The notes beneath the pieces were generated by a model. That model saw only the letters and a program-made list of their open reading frames with translations. It did not search any database and was not told the DNA's origin. This document shows, piece after piece, positions 59,005 through 64,000 of a stretch of DNA of 64,000 nt. The translations under genes were made by a program, and so were the position numbers. This DNA is from an uncultured delta proteobacterium (GTDB lineage Bacteria > Myxococcota_A > Polyangia > Polyangiales > JAFGIB01): positions 352,001 through 416,000 of the forward strand of contig CAVZVA010000009.1 of assembly GCA_963778655.1 (NCBI GenBank). The letters are read 5' to 3'. Every line of letters starts with the position of its first letter. Position 1 is the stretch's first letter.

Positions 59005-59799
59005 CTACCGGCCCGGCTTTTCGTCCACGACGGTTGCGCGCTTGACATAGTCGAGCCGGGGGAACTCCTTTTTTAGATACGCGTTGCCTTCGGTTTGAAT
59101 GCGTGCTTGCGAAGGGCCTGCGCCGGCCGGCGCGCCCTCGCCGTAGCCGGCATAGAGCGCCGACGCGGTGGCCAGCTCCCGCACGCGCCCGAACGGCACG
59201 AAGCCGAGGCGATCGAGGCCCTCGTTGTCGGCCAGGTTGATGAAGACCTGCGTCGTGCGGCTGTTCCTGCCGCTGGCGGCGAAGCTGACCATGCCGCGGA
59301 CGTTGCTCTGGGCCGGAGGGTCGTCGGCGAGGCGCAGCGATCGCCAGGCGCGGTTGACCTCGGGGTCGCCGTTCAGGCCGATCTGCGCGATGAAGCCGTC
59401 GATGACTCGAAAGAAGGCGTTGCCATCGTAGAAGCCGGTGCGCACCAGCCTGTAGAAGCGATCGGCGGCGTGGGGCGCCCAGCTCCTGCGCACGTCGATG
59501 TTCAGGTCGCCGCTCGAGGTCTCCATCAGCACGGTGAAACGCTCGGGCGCGGGCGCATCCTGGGGCGAGGGCTGCCGCAGCTCGGGGTCCGGGCCCCGGG
59601 GCGCAGCCGGCGCCTGCTTCGGCGCGACCGCAGCCGCGGCCGGCGCGGGGGCTTGCGCTGGGGCGGCGGCCGCAGGCTCCGGCGTAGGGGGAGCGGGCGC
59701 GGGCCCCGCCGGCGGCGGGCTTGGCCGGCATGCGGCCAGCAGGGCAGCCGCCACGACCAGTCGTGGCACGAGAGCGCGCGCTTGCACGATCGAGCACAT
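59005..59799 (-). CDS. Cyclophilin-type peptidyl-prolyl isomerase lipoprotein
   Basis: Lipobox LAAC; FFRVIDGFIAQ, SRTTQVFINL.DN, PFGRV. Confidence 0.92.
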   Translation of the reverse strand: MCSIVQARALVPRLVVAAALLAACRPSPPPAGPAPAPPTPEPAAAAPAQAPAPAAAAVAPKQAPAAPRGPDPELRQPSPQDAPAPERFTVLMETSSGDLNIDVRRSWAPHAADRFYRLVRTGFYDGNAFFRVIDGFIAQIGLNGDPEVNRAWRSLRLADDPPAQSNVRGMVSFAASGRNSRTTQVFINLADNEGLDRLGFVPFGRVRELATASALYAGYGEGAPAGAGPSQARIQTEGNAYLKKEFPRLDYVKRATVVDEKPGR

Positions 59800-59945
59800 G
59801 GACAGGATTCCTTGGCTGTGCGAAAGCAAGAGGGTACGGCAGGACCGGCCTCGCGCCGAAGATTCGGTCCGCCGGCGGCGACCCTAGAAGGGGCGGGTGC
59901 CGGCTGAATCGGCTTGACCAATACCAGTTTTGCTATAACTTTACA

Positions 59946-60608
59946 ATGATGCGGTTTTCGCGATCCGACCGGCCGAGACCCGCCTCGGCGCTGCTTCTGA
60001 TGCTTGCCCTGCTCGGGGTGCTGGCGGGGGTGGCCCCGGTCCAGGCAGGAGTCGACAACAGCACCAATTTCACCAAGGACGAGTGGCGACGTCTGGACGC
60101 CGGGCAGCTGGTGCTGCGGCCGTCGACGCGCTTTCAGGGCGGCATGCGGCTGATGGGCGGCTCCAGCTGGCAGGTGATCAACGCCTCACCCGATGTGGTG
60201 TGGAAGGCGTTGCTCGACACCTCACACTATGGCCGCATGATGCCGCGCGTGCTCGAGGCGCGCCTGGTGGGCGCGCGCGACAACGTGCGCACGGTGTTCA
60301 TGCGCCAGGGCGCACGCGGATTGCTCGAGACCAGCTACTACCTGACCGTGCGTGTGCACGAGCCGCAGCGCGACATCACATTCACGATCGATGATCGCAA
60401 GCCGCACGATCTCAAGGCGGCCTGGGGCTTCTACACCGTGCGCCCGTATCGCGCGGGCAAGACCCTGCTCGCCTACGGCGTCATGGCCGACCTCGGGGGC
60501 GGGCCGCTGCTCGGATTGATGCGAGAGAGCGTGCACGAGTGGATGCTGCGAACGCCCTGGATGATCAAGAAGTTCCTCGAGGGCAGCGGCCGGCGCTTCT
60601 ACCGCTGA
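59946..60608 (+). CDS. Exported SRPBCC/START (polyketide cyclase-like) protein
   Basis: Signal peptide; INASPDVVWKAL.D..HY..MMP; AT-rich TTGACC/TATAAC region upstream. Confidence 0.75.
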   Translation: MMRFSRSDRPRPASALLLMLALLGVLAGVAPVQAGVDNSTNFTKDEWRRLDAGQLVLRPSTRFQGGMRLMGGSSWQVINASPDVVWKALLDTSHYGRMMPRVLEARLVGARDNVRTVFMRQGARGLLETSYYLTVRVHEPQRDITFTIDDRKPHDLKAAWGFYTVRPYRAGKTLLAYGVMADLGGGPLLGLMRESVHEWMLRTPWMIKKFLEGSGRRFYR

Positions 60609-60735
60609 TCGCGGCGCGCGCAGCGGCCGTTTGCGCTGCGTCAACGACGCCCCCAGGCGAGGGCGTACATCCTCTGGGTCCGAGGCGCCGCGCGGCCGCA
60701 GGCCGCGCTGGAGCTTCTCTACCCCGAGGTCCACC

Positions 60736-60918
60736 ATGAAGACCCACGCCGATCTCACGCCCGACACCCTGGCCCGCAACATGTTCATCATCACCCTAGC
60801 CGGCGTGCTGGCATACATCTTGGCGGTGCTCGCGATGAACGCGTCCGCCGCGGGCCAGTCGCGTATGGACCCAGCGCCTCCCACGGCCGTGGTGGCGTCG
60901 GCGGCGCTGAGCCGCTGA
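60736..60918 (+). CDS. Small single-TM protein (60 aa)
   Basis: GAGG RBS; hydrophobic MFIITLAGVLAYILAVLAM. Confidence 0.55.
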   Translation: MKTHADLTPDTLARNMFIITLAGVLAYILAVLAMNASAAGQSRMDPAPPTAVVASAALSR

Positions 60919-60950
60919 CGCTCGCGGGCGCAGCGTCGCTCGCTCAGGCC

Positions 60951-61088
60951 GTGAACGCGGCCGAGGCCGACCCGGGCTGGTTGCTGGGATCGATCGCGGC
61001 CGGCGGCCTGATGGGTGTGTTCGGCGGGCTGCTGCTCGCGGTGCGCGCCGCGCGTGTCTCGCCGATCGCCGCGATGCCCGGCGAGTGA
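60951..61088 (+). pseudogene. C-terminal remnant of an FtsX/MacB-type ABC permease
   Basis: Translates to ...LMGVFGGLLLAVRAARVSPIAAMPGE, resembling the GG..PA.RAA...P..A.R.E ending. Confidence 0.55.
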
Positions 61089-61146
61089 GCACGGGCGGTC
61101 GCGCCGGACCGGGCGAGCAAGCGCGGAATCGCCGCGCCGCCCTTGC

Positions 61147-61725
61147 TCACTGCACGACGATCACGCCGTTCATCAGGCCGACGTGGCCGGGGAACGTGCA
61201 CAGGTACGGATAGGTGCCGGCGGTCAGATCGAGCTCGACGGTGTCGCTCTCGCCCGGGCCGAGCAGCTTGCTGTGGGTGATCATCTCGCTGGCGTCGGCC
61301 GGGATGTAGTCGGTCGCCTTGGCGGTCATCGCCTTGGCCGCGAATGCCGTCACGTCGTTGCCGGGCTTGAGCACCACGAAGTCGTGCCCCATCACGTCCT
61401 TGGTCAGCGTGCCGACGTTCTTGAGCTCGACCTTGAACTTGCCTGCCTTGACCTCGATGCGGGTGGCGCTGTAGCGCATCTGGTCGTTCGCGGTCAGATG
61501 GACGACGCCCTGAGCATCGGGCGTCGCGGTCACTACCGGCGCAGGCGCGGCGGGTTGGGCCGCCGGTGCGGGCTGCGCCGGCGGGGTGGGAGCCTTGGTC
61601 TCGGCGGCCGGTGCGGCCGCTGGCGTTGGCTCGGGCGCCTTCTGCCCGCCTCCGCAGCCCAGCGCGAACGGCGCGCAGGTGCTGAAAACCAGGGCCAGAC
61701 GGGTGGTGAGGTCACGAAATTGCAT
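61147..61725 (-). CDS. Azurin-like blue copper lipoprotein
   Basis: Lipobox ALGC; Pro/Ala linker; NDQMRY, MGHD, YLCTFPGH...M. Confidence 0.9.
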   Translation of the reverse strand: MQFRDLTTRLALVFSTCAPFALGCGGGQKAPEPTPAAAPAAETKAPTPPAQPAPAAQPAAPAPVVTATPDAQGVVHLTANDQMRYSATRIEVKAGKFKVELKNVGTLTKDVMGHDFVVLKPGNDVTAFAAKAMTAKATDYIPADASEMITHSKLLGPGESDTVELDLTAGTYPYLCTFPGHVGLMNGVIVVQ

Positions 61726-61818
61726 GCTGTGTTCTCCTCGTTGATCGAACCGCGCGCGCCCTCAGCCCCGCCATGGACGCACGCGCGCGTTCTATAACCA
61801 GTGCGGCGGCTTCGCAAC

Positions 61819-62802
61819 TCAGGGCCGCACCCGCGCGCGCAGCGCGTCGAGCACGGCTGCGAAGTCCGACGGCGGCTGCCGCTCGAAGCGCACGGACTGC
61901 GCGCTGCCGGGGTGCTCGAATCCGAGCACCGCTGCGTGCAGCATCAAGCGCGGCGCAGCGATGCGCTCGCCGGCGTAGTCGCGCACGTACACCCTCTCGC
62001 CCAGCAACGGATGCCCGCGCTCGCTGAGGTGAATGCGGATCTGGTGCTGGCGTCCGGTGTGCAGCCGGCATTCGACCAGGGTCGCTGCACCGAGCCGCTC
62101 GAGCGGGCGCACGTGTGTGAGCGCGCGCTGCGCGCCGGCCGGCGTCACGCCGCGCGGTGCGCGAAAGTGCCCGAACGAGCCGCGCAGCCCGTCGCCGCGG
62201 TCGCGTACCAGCTGCGTTTCGATCGCGGCCGGCGTGCTCAGCGCGCCGTGTACCAGGGCCAGATAGCGGCGCTCGATGCTATGGGCACGCAGCTGTTGCT
62301 GCAGCGCGCGTTTGACCGCAAGCGTACGTGCGAACACCAGCAGGCCGGTGGTGTCCTTGTCCAGGCGCTGGACCACGCCGAGCTCGCCGCTGCGGTCGCC
62401 GGCGTTGCGGCGCAGCCAGAAGCGCACGCGGTCGGCCAGGGTATCCTTGTCGCCCGGCTCGAAGGCCACGCTGAGCACGCCCGCCGGCTTGTCCACGACC
62501 ACGAGCTGGCGATCGACGTGGACCACGGCGGCGTCGTCGAGCGTGTGCGGGCGCAGGCGCGGGGCGTGCGGCGCGAGCACCACCCGATCGCCGGCGCGCA
62601 GGCGGCGCGAGCCGTCGGTCTCGGGCGTGCCATTGACCCGCACCTTGCCGTGCCGGCACAGGGCTCGGGCCTGATTCCAGGGCAGTCCGTCCAGCGCGCT
62701 GCGCAGCGCGGCGGCCAGAGTTTGGCCCGCCTGGGCTGCTCCGATGTCCAGCACGCGGGAAGTCGCGTCGCGGGAGGACGGGCGGGGCCGTTCCGCAGCC
62801 AT
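61819..62802 (-). CDS. RluA/RluD family pseudouridine synthase with S4 domain
   Basis: VDKPAG, QRLDKDTTG, TGRQHQIR, LHA. Confidence 0.93.
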   Translation of the reverse strand: MAAERPRPSSRDATSRVLDIGAAQAGQTLAAALRSALDGLPWNQARALCRHGKVRVNGTPETDGSRRLRAGDRVVLAPHAPRLRPHTLDDAAVVHVDRQLVVVDKPAGVLSVAFEPGDKDTLADRVRFWLRRNAGDRSGELGVVQRLDKDTTGLLVFARTLAVKRALQQQLRAHSIERRYLALVHGALSTPAAIETQLVRDRGDGLRGSFGHFRAPRGVTPAGAQRALTHVRPLERLGAATLVECRLHTGRQHQIRIHLSERGHPLLGERVYVRDYAGERIAAPRLMLHAAVLGFEHPGSAQSVRFERQPPSDFAAVLDALRARVRP

Positions 62803-62831
62803 GGCGCAAGCATGGAGGCCCACTTTGCGCG

Positions 62832-62861
62832 TGACAAACCCTGCCTGGCATGCAATTGTCA
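62832..62861. promoter_or_regulatory. Inverted repeat TGACAA-N18-TTGTCA in a divergent promoter
   Basis: 6-bp arms just upstream of the HlyD start. Confidence 0.3.
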
Positions 62862-62866
62862 GTCGA

Positions 62867-63850
62867 ATGATAAATAATCGCTCCAGGCTGCTGTTGGTGG
62901 CGGCGCTCTGCTGGCTCAGCGCGGGCTGTCGAGGCGCGGGCGCGCAGGCCGACCCGTCCACGCCGCTGCAGGGGGTGGTCGAGTACGACGATCGCGTGAT
63001 CGGCTTCGAGCTCGGGGGTCGCGTGCTGGCGGTGGCGGTGGAGCGCGGCCAGGAAGTGGGCGCGAACGTGGAGCTGGTGCGCCTGGACGATGGCCTCGAG
63101 CGGCCGCAGCGCGATCTGCGGGTGGCCGACCTCGACGCCGCGCAGGCGCAGCTCAAGCTGCTGCGGGCCGGCGCGCGCAGCGAGGATCTGCGCGCCAGCG
63201 AGGCGGAGATCTCGGCGCTGCAGGCTCAGCAGCAGAATCTCGAGAAGAGCCTGAGCCGCCAGACCACGTTGCAGGCGCAGGGCGCGGCGCCGCAGGCGAC
63301 CATCGACAACCTTTCGAGCGAGCTCAGCGCCGTAGTCGATCGTCGCCGCGCGCTGGAGCAGCGGCTCAAAGCGCTGCGCGCCGGTCCGCGCAGCCAGGAG
63401 ATCGCGGCCGCGCAGGCGCAGGTCGAGGCGGCCGAGGCCGCGCTGGCGGCGGTCGACGCGCGCCTCGCGCGCTTCGAGCTGCGCAGCCCGATCGCGGGCA
63501 CGGTGCTCGACGTGCACGTCAAGACCGGCGAGGTCGTCGCGCCGGGCGCGCCCGCGATCACCCTGGCCGACCTCGCGCACCCCTTCGCCGACGTGTTCGT
63601 GCCCGAGGGCAAGCTGCGGGGCGTGGTCATCGGGGCGGTCGCGTCGGTGCGCGTGGACGGCGCGGCGAGCCCGCTCTCGGGCCACGTCGAGTACGTGTTT
63701 CCGCGCACCGAGTTCACGCCGCGCTTTCTGTTCAGCGAGAGCGAGCGGCCGAACCTGGTGATCCGCGCGCGCGTGCGGGTCGCCGACCCCAAGCACCTGC
63801 TGCACGCCGGCGTGCCGGCGTTCGTGACGCTGCAGGCGGGGAGCAAGTAG
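62867..63850 (+). CDS. HlyD family periplasmic adaptor (YbhG-like)
   Basis: Lipobox SAGC; coiled coil; SPIAG, EFTPR. Confidence 0.9.
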   Translation: MINNRSRLLLVAALCWLSAGCRGAGAQADPSTPLQGVVEYDDRVIGFELGGRVLAVAVERGQEVGANVELVRLDDGLERPQRDLRVADLDAAQAQLKLLRAGARSEDLRASEAEISALQAQQQNLEKSLSRQTTLQAQGAAPQATIDNLSSELSAVVDRRRALEQRLKALRAGPRSQEIAAAQAQVEAAEAALAAVDARLARFELRSPIAGTVLDVHVKTGEVVAPGAPAITLADLAHPFADVFVPEGKLRGVVIGAVASVRVDGAASPLSGHVEYVFPRTEFTPRFLFSESERPNLVIRARVRVADPKHLLHAGVPAFVTLQAGSK

Positions 63851-63852
63851 CG

Positions 63853-64000
63853 ATGGCCTCGCCCCAGCTGCCTGCGAACGCGAGCGAGCCTTTGCCCGGC
63901 GCTGCGGGCGGGCGCGAGGTCGTGGTGCAGACCGAGCACCTGGCGCGCCGCTTCGGCGATCTGATCGCGGTGCGCGACGTCTCTTTCAAGGTCTACCGCG
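63853..64000 (+). CDS. ABC transporter ATP-binding protein (5-prime part, runs off the window)
   Basis: VVQTEHLARRFGDLIAVRDVSFKVYR. Confidence 0.85.
   Translation, partial: MASPQLPANASEPLPGAAGGREVVVQTEHLARRFGDLIAVRDVSFKVYR

Noticed and set aside
1..64000. tRNA, rRNA, prophage, transposase or defence-system genes
   Set aside because: None recognised by eye; tRNAscan, Rfam and DefenseFinder runs would be needed to exclude them formally

Overview
Very GC-rich bacterial DNA, almost certainly from a myxobacterium (Myxococcota, probably Polyangiales). The evidence is a MYXO-CTERM-type sorting tail, an MglA-family GTPase, eukaryote-like Ser/Thr kinases and many Cys-rich lipoproteins. About 57 genes are recognisable, covering housekeeping and metabolism (rpoZ, tatA, yggT, ilvE-like, fdhD/YdeP-like, acyl-CoA dehydrogenase pair, RNA-modification enzymes), signalling, and a large set of surface proteins. 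I recognised no rRNA, tRNA, CRISPR array or transposase. Highlights: (1) A bacterial Elp3 (radical SAM-GNAT) lies about 4 kb from a methyltransferase with Trm9/ALKBH8-like motifs, suggesting a eukaryote/archaea-type mcm5U34 tRNA pathway. (2) A surface-protein locus encodes a tandem cystine-knot-like lipoprotein, a VWA lipoprotein, a 1634-aa IPT/TIG-Kelch lipoprotein and an OM barrel, next to DUF4388 and a C-terminally extended MglA-like GTPase. (3) A heme-c/PHM-type copper monooxygenase/TPR protein faces a redoxin gene. (4) There are three families of non-coding palindromic elements, including a CTAG-flanked MITE. (5) Three genes carry +1 frameshifts that may be sequencing errors. All family calls come from motif recognition by eye, not from database searches.
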